The position numbers and the translations under genes are program-made. DNA of 15,977 nucleotides, taken from NCBI GenBank assembly GCA_964565125.1, contig CAZMCX010000011.1, forward strand, positions 1 to 15,977, given 5' to 3'. The notes beneath the pieces were generated by a model. The model worked only from the letters and a program-made list of their open reading frames with translations, had not been told where the DNA came from and did no database searches. Below are positions 7,481 through 15,133 of the stretch, in pieces (position 1 is the first letter of the stretch; each line of letters starts with the position of its first letter). This stretch comes from an uncultured archaeon (GTDB lineage: Archaea > Iainarchaeota > Iainarchaeia > Iainarchaeales > 0-14-0-20-30-16).

Positions 7481-7555
7481 CGTTCCGCTAAATTACTTCT
7501 GCCCCAGAAACTTTTTGCGTTAAGCAAAAAGCTTTCTTGAGAAGAAGATAATTTA
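7464..7555 (+). repeat. 16-nt exact direct repeat (agaagaagataattta at 7464-7479 and 7540-7555) flanking a 60-nt segment with two strong hairpins
   Basis: Hairpin 1 spans 7473-7495: taatttagcg-ttc-cgctaaatta, 10 bp, covering the ferredoxin stop codon. Hairpin 2 spans 7506-7537: agaaactttttgc-gttaa-gcaaaaagctttct, 13 bp with one bulged C. The first repeat copy encodes the ferredoxin C-terminus (KKII-stop). The second copy would encode the same end and overlaps the TATA-like tract upstream of the alkD-like gene. Confidence 0.7.
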
Positions 7556-7570
7556 AGATAACTGATTTTT

Positions 7571-8272
7571 ATGCTTGAACAAATTTTTAAAGAAACTGAA
7601 AGATTAAAAGATCCGGAGAGGGCAAAACAACTTAAAAGATTCTTTAAAACTGGCAAAGGTGAATATGGCGAGGGAGACGAATTCTTAGGTGGAATTACTG
7701 TTCCCCAATTAAGAATCCTTGCAAAAAAATATGGGAGTATAGAGTTACAAGAACTCCAGAATCTTATATGTAGTAAGTATCATGAATATCGTCAATTGGC
7801 TCTGATAATATTAGTCAACAAGTACAAAAAAGTCAAGCAAGAACGAGAAAAAAAGGAAATAGTTGACTTTTATATTAAGAATCGAAAGTATGTAAATAAT
7901 TGGGATTTAGTTGATTGTTCTGCGCCATATATTACTGGAGACTACTTTTTTGATAAAGACAAAAAAGTTTTGTATAATTTTGCAAAATCAAAAAACTTGT
8001 GGGAAAAAAGAATTGCAATAATTTCTACTTTTGGATTTATAAAACAAAATTCTTTTGAAGACTCTTTAAAAATTGCGGAGATTCTTTTGGAAGATAAACA
8101 CGATTTAATACATAAGGCAGTGGGTTGGATGTTAAGGGAAATAGGGACCCGGGACAGGGCTGTTGAAAAAAGGTTTTTGGATAAGCACATAAGAAAAATG
8201 CCGAGAACTATGTTAAGATATGCGATTGAAAAATTTCCTGAAAAAGAAAGATTATATTATTTGAAGTTATAA
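7571..8272 (+). CDS. alkD: DNA alkylation repair protein, AlkD/AlkC-like HEAT-repeat DNA glycosylase family
   Basis: 233 aa. NNWDLVDCSAPYITGDYF, LWEKRIAIISTFGFIKQ and HDLIHKAVGWMLREIG match the conserved blocks of the DNA_alkylation family as I recall Bacillus AlkD (WWDSVD..., W..R.A.., IQKAIGWVLRE). Confidence 0.85.
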   Translation: MLEQIFKETERLKDPERAKQLKRFFKTGKGEYGEGDEFLGGITVPQLRILAKKYGSIELQELQNLICSKYHEYRQLALIILVNKYKKVKQEREKKEIVDFYIKNRKYVNNWDLVDCSAPYITGDYFFDKDKKVLYNFAKSKNLWEKRIAIISTFGFIKQNSFEDSLKIAEILLEDKHDLIHKAVGWMLREIGTRDRAVEKRFLDKHIRKMPRTMLRYAIEKFPEKERLYYLKL

Positions 8273-8418
8273 TCTTGCAGGCTGACAAAATTTATCTTGT
8301 TTTTCTTTGTGTAGTTGTGATCTGTCTTTCCTTTTGGTGCTTTTTGTCTTTAACATCTTTAATCCTGACTATAACAGACCTATTTTCCTACTTGCTGTTC
8401 TTTTCCCTATTTGTCATT

Positions 8419-9300
8419 TTACAACTTGTCTTTGATATAATTTACTATCTCATCTTCATTGAACATGTTTCCAATTGTTGACCTTAATTCTTTTGCGCCT
8501 CTGAAGCTGTGGAAAAATTGGATTGCTTTTTGTTTTAAGTCATTTGGATTTGTTAAGTTGTATTTTTTGAAAAGTTTATAATATTCGAGGAAAATCTTTT
8601 TTGGGTTTGCGTCTTTTTTTGAAAAGACCCACGGATTTTTCATGGCTTCTCTCCCGATCATGAATCCATTACAGTATTTTTCTTTTAGGTATTTCTTTCC
8701 TTGTGCGATGGTTTGGATATCCCCATTTCCAATAATAAAGTTATCAGTAGTTTCTTTAAGTTCTTTTATTATTTCCCAATCTGCAGTTCCAGAGTACCTT
8801 TGCTCTGAAGTTCGTCCGTGTATTATTATTACATCTACAAATGAAGAAATCTTTTCAACTAGCTTTTTTGTGCTTTCTTTGTTTTTTAGAATTCTTATTT
8901 TTACTGATTTTGTAAAATCAAAACTTTGGATTGATTTTAAAATTTCAATTAATGTATCTTGATTTGTAAGAAGCCTTGATCCAGCCCCGATTTTTATAAT
9001 CTTTGGCATTGGGCACCCCGCATTGATGTCAAGCCATTTTATTTTTTCAAAAGTATTTATTCTCTCAATAGCAAGTGGATATTCTTCAGGCTTTGTGCCG
9101 AACAGTTGTATTCCGACTTTTTTTTCTTTTGTGAAATCAATGAATTTGTGTATGTTCTTATCTTTTTGATGTATTATTTGTGTTGTATTAATTAAGGGTG
9201 CAAAAGTAAACTCTGCACCAGATTTTTTACAGAGTTCTCTAAATGGCCTGTTTGTGTATTCTGAAATCGGTGCCAAATAAATCTTGGGAAATGTTGTCAT
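8419..9300 (-). CDS. dus: tRNA-dihydrouridine synthase (Dus family, TIM-barrel flavoenzyme)
   Basis: 293 aa. LAPISEYTNRPFRELC, INAGCPMPKIIKIGAGSRLL (catalytic Cys loop), IIIHGRTSEQRYSGTADWEII and the GNGDI motif are typical Dus signatures. Confidence 0.85.
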   Translation of the reverse strand: MTTFPKIYLAPISEYTNRPFRELCKKSGAEFTFAPLINTTQIIHQKDKNIHKFIDFTKEKKVGIQLFGTKPEEYPLAIERINTFEKIKWLDINAGCPMPKIIKIGAGSRLLTNQDTLIEILKSIQSFDFTKSVKIRILKNKESTKKLVEKISSFVDVIIIHGRTSEQRYSGTADWEIIKELKETTDNFIIGNGDIQTIAQGKKYLKEKYCNGFMIGREAMKNPWVFSKKDANPKKIFLEYYKLFKKYNLTNPNDLKQKAIQFFHSFRGAKELRSTIGNMFNEDEIVNYIKDKL

Positions 9301-9352
9301 AATTACCTTTAAATACGAAAAGGTTAATAAAGCTCAATGTTCCTCTTTAATA

Positions 9353-10024
9353 ATGTGTTTTACTCCAGCAATATCTTTATCAACTGCAATATTTGAGTTT
9401 GCAGTAGCAACTTTTATTTTATTCTATTTTAGGAAGGCGACCTTACATAAATCTGTAGTGATATTTCTTTATGTCCTTGGTTTGTACCAATTAACAGAAT
9501 TCTTTTTGTGCACTACCTCAAATCCGTTTTTGTGGGCTAAGATTGGATTTATAACCTATTCATTCCTGCCTGCTTTGGGCCTGTATTATGCTTTAGACTA
9601 CTTAAGAAAGAAAGTTTACTTAATCCCAATTTTTTTGGTCCCGGTTGCGATTACAATATTTGTTTTAATTAAAACCAATTTCGTTAGTATGGCGGCTTGT
9701 GGAAACTTTTTTGTAACTACAAGAAATATATTTATGGGTCACTGGCTTGGAGTAGTATATTTAGTATATTATTTTGGATTTGTTGTATTAATTGCTGTGT
9801 TTTTGGTTCTACATGCAATAAAAAAACAGGGAACAAAGAGGAGGATAGATATTATTGTGCTTATTGCTCTTGTGCTATCCCTTTTGCCGCCAATAGTTTT
9901 GATATTTATTCTTCCGTCTTTGAAGATAATGTTCCCATCAATATATTGTGAGTTTGCTGTGCTTTTTGCATTTGCTATCCTCTTGGGCTTTTGTTTGGAT
10001 TCAAAACAAAAGACAAAAAAATAA
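9353..10024 (+). CDS. Polytopic integral membrane protein, unknown function
   Basis: There are about 7 hydrophobic segments. I prefer the ATG at 9353 (223 aa), because the TTG at 9284 would overlap the divergent dus start. No family motif recognised. Confidence 0.65.
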   Translation: MCFTPAISLSTAIFEFAVATFILFYFRKATLHKSVVIFLYVLGLYQLTEFFLCTTSNPFLWAKIGFITYSFLPALGLYYALDYLRKKVYLIPIFLVPVAITIFVLIKTNFVSMAACGNFFVTTRNIFMGHWLGVVYLVYYFGFVVLIAVFLVLHAIKKQGTKRRIDIIVLIALVLSLLPPIVLIFILPSLKIMFPSIYCEFAVLFAFAILLGFCLDSKQKTKK

Positions 10025-10044
10025 ATAACTTTAAAAGATTTGCG

Positions 10045-10473
10045 ATGTTAAAAAAAATAATGCAAAATAAAAGATGCCATTATGGTAACTCGAGAGATTT
10101 TATTAGCTCTCCAGTTGGTAATGAGGTTTCTGCAGTTTTCTTTGGCGTAGAAGATAAAATAATCAATAATTCTAAATTTCTTTATAACTCTCTTAAACAA
10201 GGATTGAAGAAAGAAAAATTTACAATTCTAGGGGAATCTTCATATAGCTTTAAACCGCAGGGCTACACGCTTGTATTTCTGCTAGGGGAATCTCATGTTG
10301 CAATACATACCTATCCTGAGTTTAATTCTATTACTTTTCAGATTTATTCTTGTAGGGGCCCAGAAGATGGCTTTATAACATTTAAACATTTTGTTGATAA
10401 AGTAAAACCAAAGAAAGTAAAGATGACTGATTTTAGAGTTGTAGTTGATCCTAGGTTTAAACAAATTACTTAA
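10045..10473 (+). CDS. speH: S-adenosylmethionine decarboxylase proenzyme, pyruvoyl-dependent class 1 (SpeH/SpeD-like)
   Basis: FKPQGYTLVFLLGESHVAIHTYPEFNSITFQIYSC matches the F.P.G.T....L.ESH..IHT.PE self-cleavage motif, with the Glu-Ser bond as the processing site. I prefer the ATG at 10045 (142 aa), just after the upstream gene's stop. A related pyruvoyl arginine decarboxylase paralogue cannot be excluded. Confidence 0.75.
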   Translation: MLKKIMQNKRCHYGNSRDFISSPVGNEVSAVFFGVEDKIINNSKFLYNSLKQGLKKEKFTILGESSYSFKPQGYTLVFLLGESHVAIHTYPEFNSITFQIYSCRGPEDGFITFKHFVDKVKPKKVKMTDFRVVVDPRFKQIT

Positions 10474-11098
10474 TTTTTTTAATTGCTATTGCATCTTGTA
10501 ACTTTGCTGTTGTGAATCTTTTGTCTTTCATAATTTCTCTTGGGATTTTTAATACTGGGTAAATTAATAATATTCCCCCGCTTCTAAGCGAATGTGAAAG
10601 TTTTCTAATAACTAGGTCTGGCATTACTGTATATTTTAAGCCACCCAGATTAGAAACTATGATATCATATGCTTGTCTTGGAAGGAATAACTCTGCAGAT
10701 TCATAAATAATTTCATCTACTAATCCTTTTTTGTATTTTTCGTTAAGTTCTGGATGTTCATAAATATCTAATGCGGTTGTGTAAATCCGTTTTCCTAAAT
10801 CTTTTTTGAGTGATGCTAAGAACTGGCCTTTTCCAGCACCAACATCTAAAATTTTTATTTTTCGTCTTACTGCTTTTAGTGTTTCAATATATCTGTTAAA
10901 ATCAAAATCAGAACCATTTGGCAAAGCAAACCGATAAGGGGATTGTGAATAAACCATTTCAAGCCTTGTGTCTCCTGATTTTATTTCTTTTATGTGATGT
11001 TCGAATTTGTGTTTTTCTTTGGGGTTTATTATCCGCTTTTGTAATTCTTCCTGTGCTTTTTTTACTTCTGAATTAATATATTGTTTATCTTTCAGCAT
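10466..11098 (-). CDS. Class I SAM-dependent methyltransferase, substrate unknown
   Basis: KILDVGAGKGQF is motif I (the GxGxG loop). ALDIY and YDIIVSN serve as the downstream acidic and motif IV-like strands. I prefer the ATG at 11098 (210 aa), 4 nt after the MetAP stop. The 3' end overlaps the convergent speH-like gene by 8 nt. Confidence 0.8.
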   Translation of the reverse strand: MLKDKQYINSEVKKAQEELQKRIINPKEKHKFEHHIKEIKSGDTRLEMVYSQSPYRFALPNGSDFDFNRYIETLKAVRRKIKILDVGAGKGQFLASLKKDLGKRIYTTALDIYEHPELNEKYKKGLVDEIIYESAELFLPRQAYDIIVSNLGGLKYTVMPDLVIRKLSHSLRSGGILLIYPVLKIPREIMKDKRFTTAKLQDAIAIKKIK

Positions 11099-11102
11099 AA
11101 AG

Positions 11103-11996
11103 TCACCTGGCAAATATATGAATATTATTATTTTCACCTATATATATTGTTGCTTCTGCTTGTGAAATCAAACAACCTTCTCTGTCATCTAATTGTGGTG
11201 CTGGTCGTATGCACCCCTCTTTTACTAATAATGCCAAAGTAATTTTCTTGCTTGTTGGGTTTAAATCTTTTCCAATCCATCTTTCAGAGAATGGCAACCC
11301 CTTGCTGTTCTCTAACTCTTTAAGAATTTTTCGCCCTATTTGGTTTCTTGTTTGTTTTTCTGTGGGAAAATATATACTACAAAAAGACGCATTTTTTACA
11401 AACCCGTTTCCTGTGCTCGCAAATGGTTCTATTGCGTAAATTCTATTTGTGCCTAAAGTTGAGTTGTCTTTTTGAGAAATGTTTGGAATGCTTTTTCCAG
11501 CATGTAAACTATAAGCGGAAATTTCATGGCCCATAAGATTTGAAATTGGCTTGAATCCAAATGAAATAATTTCTTTTTCAATAATTGTGCCGATTTCTCC
11601 AACTTTTGAATCTTTTTTGTTTTTCTTAATATAATCTAATGCTTTTTCCAGGGCGTTTTTGCTTGCATTAACTAATTTCTCATTTTTTCCAGATAGATCT
11701 ATTGTAAACGCGCCATCTATTGTATAACCATTTGACTGCGCACCAATATCCACTTTAATTAAGTCGTCTTTTCCCCAAACTTCTTTGGAATCAGATAGCG
11801 GGGAATAATGTGCCGCAGAATTGTTTCTGGACAGGTTCACAGGAAATGCAACTTCTGCATACTTTCTAATCTCGGACTCTATTTTCTCTGCACAGTCTAG
11901 AATAGATTTGCCAAATTTAATTTCTTTTAAGGCAACCTTTTTTGCGGAAAGCCAAGCTTTATTTGCTTTTTCCAAGTTTTCAAGAATCATGTTCAC
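11103..11996 (-). CDS. map: Methionine aminopeptidase, type 2 (archaeal)
   Basis: FPVNLSRNNSAAHYSP, KVDIGAQSNGYTIDGAFT, GHEISAYSLHAGKSIP and YAIEPFASTGNG match the MetAP2 pita-bread metal-ligand blocks. GGTG lies directly after the polB stop. The start is either the GTG at 11996 or the ATG at 11990. Confidence 0.92.
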   Translation of the reverse strand: MNMILENLEKANKAWLSAKKVALKEIKFGKSILDCAEKIESEIRKYAEVAFPVNLSRNNSAAHYSPLSDSKEVWGKDDLIKVDIGAQSNGYTIDGAFTIDLSGKNEKLVNASKNALEKALDYIKKNKKDSKVGEIGTIIEKEIISFGFKPISNLMGHEISAYSLHAGKSIPNISQKDNSTLGTNRIYAIEPFASTGNGFVKNASFCSIYFPTEKQTRNQIGRKILKELENSKGLPFSERWIGKDLNPTSKKITLALLVKEGCIRPAPQLDDREGCLISQAEATIYIGENNNIHIFAR

Positions 11997-12005
11997 ATTT
12001 ACACC

Positions 12006-14354
12006 CTAAAATAATTTCTGTTGCTTTGTGCTTTCAATAAGCTTTTCTTTTGTAAATCCTAACTGCTCTACTAACGGAATTACTGCTGGAAGCACCTGGT
12101 TGTTAATATAATATTCTTCATCATAAGAATTGTCTTTTACAAACTGTTCTAACTCTGCTTTCTCTGAAATTGTAATTCCGTTTTTTGTGATAATGTAATT
12201 TACAATAGTCCCCGGCCTCATTAAAACCCCCCTTCTCTCTGCTTTTCTTGCTGCAGAAACATGTGGGGAAATGTTGTTGTATTTATTTAATGGTTTTGTA
12301 ATTTTTGAAGAAAGTACAAGATCCTCTTTTTTTACTTTGTGGGCAATTAACAAAGAAATAGTTTCTCTTATTTTTTTAATTGCTTTTTCTAGATTCCCTT
12401 CTTTTAAAATTATTTCTAAAACATCTTTTTGTAGGCTTTTTGCAACATTGCTCCAATCCCTGCGTACAAATTCAAATCCAACAATTTTTAGGTTTCCTTC
12501 AAAGTCGATTAGTGCATATCTTTTTTTTGCACCAACGTTTTCTGACTTCTTAGAAACAAACAAACCTCTTTTGTAAAAACCATCAAGAGTTAATTTTATT
12601 TCACCAGGAAGTGTGGAATTTATTTTTTTCAAAAATGTTTCTACTTCGCTTTGTTTTCTATAAATTAAGAATGCACTATCTGTATCAGAATAAATTACTT
12701 TTAATGCGTTTTTTTCTGCTTGTTCACAAACCATTTTTATATACTCTTGAGAATATGCAACTGTTGATCTTGCACACTCTAAACAATACCATCTTGCTCG
12801 GGGGTATGCTAAGTATCCATAAAAACTTGCTAATAATCTTTTTAAGCTCCATTGTCTTGCAAATAAAACATCTTTTTTGCTTTTGTCTGCTTTTTGCATT
12901 TCTGTTTTTACTTTCATTCTTTTGTCTAAAATTTCTTTTATAATTCCGGGAATTATTGCTTTAACTTCTAAATTGAATTTGTCTTTTGTGGGGCTTATAA
13001 CAAGTTTCTTTCCCGGAACATTTAATGTTTCTGGAGATATATTATGTGTAATAATAATTGATGGGTGTAGTGATCTGAAATCGATTACTGCAATATTTTC
13101 ATAAATATTTGGCTCTGGCTGTTTTACATATCCGCCCACATAAGTAATATCTGCTCTGTCTCCAATTATCTCCCCACTTGGCTTTTTGGGGATAAACTTT
13201 TTCTCCTTTGCATAATAATACATTATTATTGATTCGATCATATTGCTTGTGGGAAGCCTTATTGTATCTTGTAATGTTCTGCGTATTATTTTTGAAAGTT
13301 CTGTGAAAGTAAGAAGATATTTTTCGCCTAACTTGTAAGTTGCTTTTGAATCATCTAAATTGTATTCAAATAAACGATTTCGTTTTTCAATATTTTCCCA
13401 TAATTCAGGAATTTCTGTATATTCTAGGTCTATTTTCTCTTTTTCTAAAAGGGTTTCATAAGCAGTCGTTAAATCTAATTTGTTTAAACTTATGCTTCCT
13501 AATCTTGCAAGATAGGCAATTATTTTATATACGTCTACGTGCTGTATTCCGGTTGTGTAAGAAATTTTGCCCATACTTGATTTTCGGATTTTTGGTTTTA
13601 AATAAATCCCTAAGTCAATATCGAATTCTTTTGCTCGATTGTAAATTACCGGGATGTCAAAGTTGTCCCCATTATAAGTAAAAATAAAATCAAAATTGTT
13701 TAAAATTTCTAGAGTTCTTTCGATCATTTCTTTTTCATCTTTACAAAGTTCTAAGTTTTTGTTATTTTCTTTTGTGTCTCTGTAACTTAAAATTGTTTTA
13801 ATTTTATCTGAATAAATTGAAATAGAAATTATTTCGTTTTTTAACATATCTTTGTTGTCGCTTGTTGTTTCAATATCTAATGCACAGCATAATGGCGCAA
13901 ATTCTTTTTTGGTTTCTTTGAATTCTAAACCCTCTTTTGAAGTTATTTCATAATGTGCAAGAGGGGTGATCTGTTTGTCTATTATGTATCTCTGGTCAAA
14001 AGGAATATCATAATCATGTTTTGCTATAAAGGACTCTAATGTCTTTACATTGCCCCGCATTTCCATTAGCTGGGTTGTGTTTTTGAAACATAATTTATAA
14101 ATAGTATTTTTTTCATATTTTTTTTGTTTTTCATAACTTAGGAAAAGATTTTTGTTGTTTGCTAAAGCTTTTTCAAATTTCTTTTCGTTGTCAACTTCTA
14201 CATAAAAATATGGCTTAAAATAAGGGTCTTCTATTATTTGTTTAACTTTTCCGCTATTTATACAGATGTTTATTATGGATTCATTCTTTTCGTTGTTTTC
14301 ATAGAATATATCTAAAATTGTTCCCGAGTACTGCTTCTTTAATTTTTTACCCAT
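12006..14354 (-). CDS. polB: Family B DNA polymerase (PolB), no intein
   Basis: Exo I ALDIETT, Exo II YNGDNFDIP, Exo III EYNLDDSKATY, motif A DFRSLHPSII, motif B KRLLASFYGYLAY...RWYCLECA, motif C VIYSDTDS, and KKRYAL. I prefer the ATG at 14354 (782 aa), preceded by GAAGGT (14361-14366 as accttc). The 37 extra codons in the ORF track read through the A/T promoter region. Confidence 0.95.
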   Translation of the reverse strand: MGKKLKKQYSGTILDIFYENNEKNESIINICINSGKVKQIIEDPYFKPYFYVEVDNEKKFEKALANNKNLFLSYEKQKKYEKNTIYKLCFKNTTQLMEMRGNVKTLESFIAKHDYDIPFDQRYIIDKQITPLAHYEITSKEGLEFKETKKEFAPLCCALDIETTSDNKDMLKNEIISISIYSDKIKTILSYRDTKENNKNLELCKDEKEMIERTLEILNNFDFIFTYNGDNFDIPVIYNRAKEFDIDLGIYLKPKIRKSSMGKISYTTGIQHVDVYKIIAYLARLGSISLNKLDLTTAYETLLEKEKIDLEYTEIPELWENIEKRNRLFEYNLDDSKATYKLGEKYLLTFTELSKIIRRTLQDTIRLPTSNMIESIIMYYYAKEKKFIPKKPSGEIIGDRADITYVGGYVKQPEPNIYENIAVIDFRSLHPSIIITHNISPETLNVPGKKLVISPTKDKFNLEVKAIIPGIIKEILDKRMKVKTEMQKADKSKKDVLFARQWSLKRLLASFYGYLAYPRARWYCLECARSTVAYSQEYIKMVCEQAEKNALKVIYSDTDSAFLIYRKQSEVETFLKKINSTLPGEIKLTLDGFYKRGLFVSKKSENVGAKKRYALIDFEGNLKIVGFEFVRRDWSNVAKSLQKDVLEIILKEGNLEKAIKKIRETISLLIAHKVKKEDLVLSSKITKPLNKYNNISPHVSAARKAERRGVLMRPGTIVNYIITKNGITISEKAELEQFVKDNSYDEEYYINNQVLPAVIPLVEQLGFTKEKLIESTKQQKLF

Positions 14355-14453
14355 AGAAATACCTTCGAGTTGTTGTTCTATATGAATTACAGAGTATAAT
14401 AATATATTTATATATATTCGGATGTTTACATATATGGTTGAGGTGAAATAGAT
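14355..14453. promoter_or_regulatory. Divergent promoter region between polB and the 14454 gene
   Basis: A/T-rich TATA-like tracts (aataatatatttatatatatt, about 14396-14418). SD GAGGTGA (14440-14446) lies 7 nt upstream of the ATG at 14454. SD GAAGGT on the minus strand lies 6 nt upstream of the polB ATG. Confidence 0.55.
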
Positions 14454-14864
14454 ATGGTCGAACAAACTCTGGGAAATAGTGCGGAGCTTAAAGCTCTAAA
14501 TACTACTGTTATGCTTCTTTCTCAGAAAATGGCCTATTTGGTAAGAAATGAAAAAATTCTGAGTAAAAATATCTTAATTCTTAATGAAAAAATAAACAAA
14601 GTTGCAGAAAAATCCATTACTGTGGGCGGATCTTCCACGGATTCTGCCCAAATGGAAGAAATTAATGTTCAAGTTGTTGAATTATATGATAAACAAAAAA
14701 GCATAAGACAAGAAATGGAGTCTTTAAGGACATCTATAGATAACTTGAAAGAGGTATTTGTTACAAAAGAAGAACTTCAGGAATTAAAATATATAATTGA
14801 CACAATAAACCCGTTGGAGTTTGTTACTTATCAGCAATTAAAAGATTTGCTTAATAAAAAGTGA
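14454..14864 (+). CDS. Hypothetical coiled-coil protein
   Basis: 136 aa with an excellent SD (GAGGTGA). Heptad-like Leu/Ile/Glu/Lys-rich segments flank a short Gly/Ser linker (VGGSSTDS). No family recognised. Confidence 0.75.
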   Translation: MVEQTLGNSAELKALNTTVMLLSQKMAYLVRNEKILSKNILILNEKINKVAEKSITVGGSSTDSAQMEEINVQVVELYDKQKSIRQEMESLRTSIDNLKEVFVTKEELQELKYIIDTINPLEFVTYQQLKDLLNKK

Positions 14865-15133
14865 AAACTGTCAATAACCAACTAATAAATTAGTTGGCTT
14901 GTTCTGACAGGAACAAGGGCAACAATTTGACTACAGAAAGAGGAAACAAAAACATGGAAACAAAAACTACGAGAACAGAGCTACAAGAACCTACAGATGC
15001 TTCACTAGTCTGTAGCACTTCAGCAGAACTGTTAAATGCAACGAGTTTAGAAAACATTGAAAACATCAGTGATAACTCTATGCTTTGTTCTCATTCTGGA
15101 AGTGAGTATAACTTGAACGAAGGTTTAGCCAGT
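14865..15133 (+). ncRNA. Candidate structured non-coding RNA (omega-RNA-like scaffold) upstream of the IscB/IsrB-like ORF; alternatively a disordered N-terminal protein extension
   Basis: The position is analogous to IscB-associated omega-RNAs, which lie immediately 5' of the PLMP-domain start. Hairpins occur at 14878-14917, 14991-15015 (ctacag/ctgtag) and 15090-15106. An 11-bp long-range complement pairs gagaacagagc (14971-14981) with gctttgttctc (15082-15092, one G:U). Counter-evidence: the region is stop-free in the ORF frame for 80 codons, and GAGG lies 10 nt upstream of the ATG at 14954. Confidence 0.3.
14878..14917 (+). other. Two back-to-back perfect hairpins just downstream of the coiled-coil gene and upstream of the IscB-like ORF
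   Basis: The first is ccaactaat-aa-attagttgg (14878-14897, 9-bp arms). It is followed immediately by cttgttc-tgacag-gaacaag (14898-14917, 7-bp stem, 6-nt loop). Neither is followed by a T-run. Confidence 0.7.

Noticed and set aside
7473-7537. The hairpins after the ferredoxin gene, read as bacterial-type intrinsic terminators
   Set aside because: Neither stem is followed by a U-run, and archaeal termination relies mainly on oligo-T. They are reported instead as a structured or inserted element.
7942-8190. 82-aa minus-strand ORF inside the alkD-like gene
   Set aside because: Antisense shadow ORF within a gene that has strong family motifs.
8275-8481. 68-aa hydrophobic + strand ORF with a TTG start between alkD and dus
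   Set aside because: Its 3' third overlaps the dus 3' end. The region is a T-rich convergent terminator zone, and T-rich sequence translates as Phe/Leu/Ser-rich pseudo-TM peptides. There is no SD. A genuine small membrane protein cannot be fully excluded.
8642-8962. 106-aa + strand ORF inside dus
   Set aside because: Antisense shadow ORF.
9284-9352. TTG-initiated N-terminal extension of the membrane protein, and the nested ORF 9697-9951
   Set aside because: The extension overlaps the divergent dus start and the promoter spacer. The nested ORF is an alternative frame of the same hydrophobic gene.
9991-10044. 18-codon N-terminal extension of the AdoMetDC-like ORF overlapping the membrane-protein 3' end
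   Set aside because: The ATG at 10045 follows the upstream stop and gives a length typical of class 1 AdoMetDC. The extension is Lys-rich read-through of the upstream gene's end.
10282-12009. ORFs 10282-10464 (-), 11209-11439, 11348-11536 and 11821-12009 (+)
   Set aside because: They are antisense to the speH-like or map genes, and no supporting signals are present.
12006-12035. Possible C-terminal PIP box in PolB (TKQQKLF)
   Set aside because: It lacks the full QxxLxxFF/WF spacing and the paired aromatic residues, unlike the clear QPKLSRWF of FEN-1. Too weak to call.
12271-13681. ORFs 12271-12576, 12611-12943, 12877-13104 and 13340-13681 (+)
   Set aside because: All are antisense within polB, which carries every family-B motif on the minus strand.
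14355-14465. 37-codon N-terminal extension of polB in the ORF track
   Set aside because: It translates the A/T-rich promoter (IYVNIRIYINILLYS...) and overlaps the divergent gene's SD and start. The ATG at 14354 has its own GAAGGT SD, and MGKKLKKQYSGTILDI aligns with typical PolB N-termini.
15050-15067. Tandem gaaaacatt/gaaaacatc repeat, considered as a CRISPR or other array
   Set aside because: There are only two 9-nt units and no spacers. No CRISPR-like repeat-spacer architecture exists anywhere in the window.
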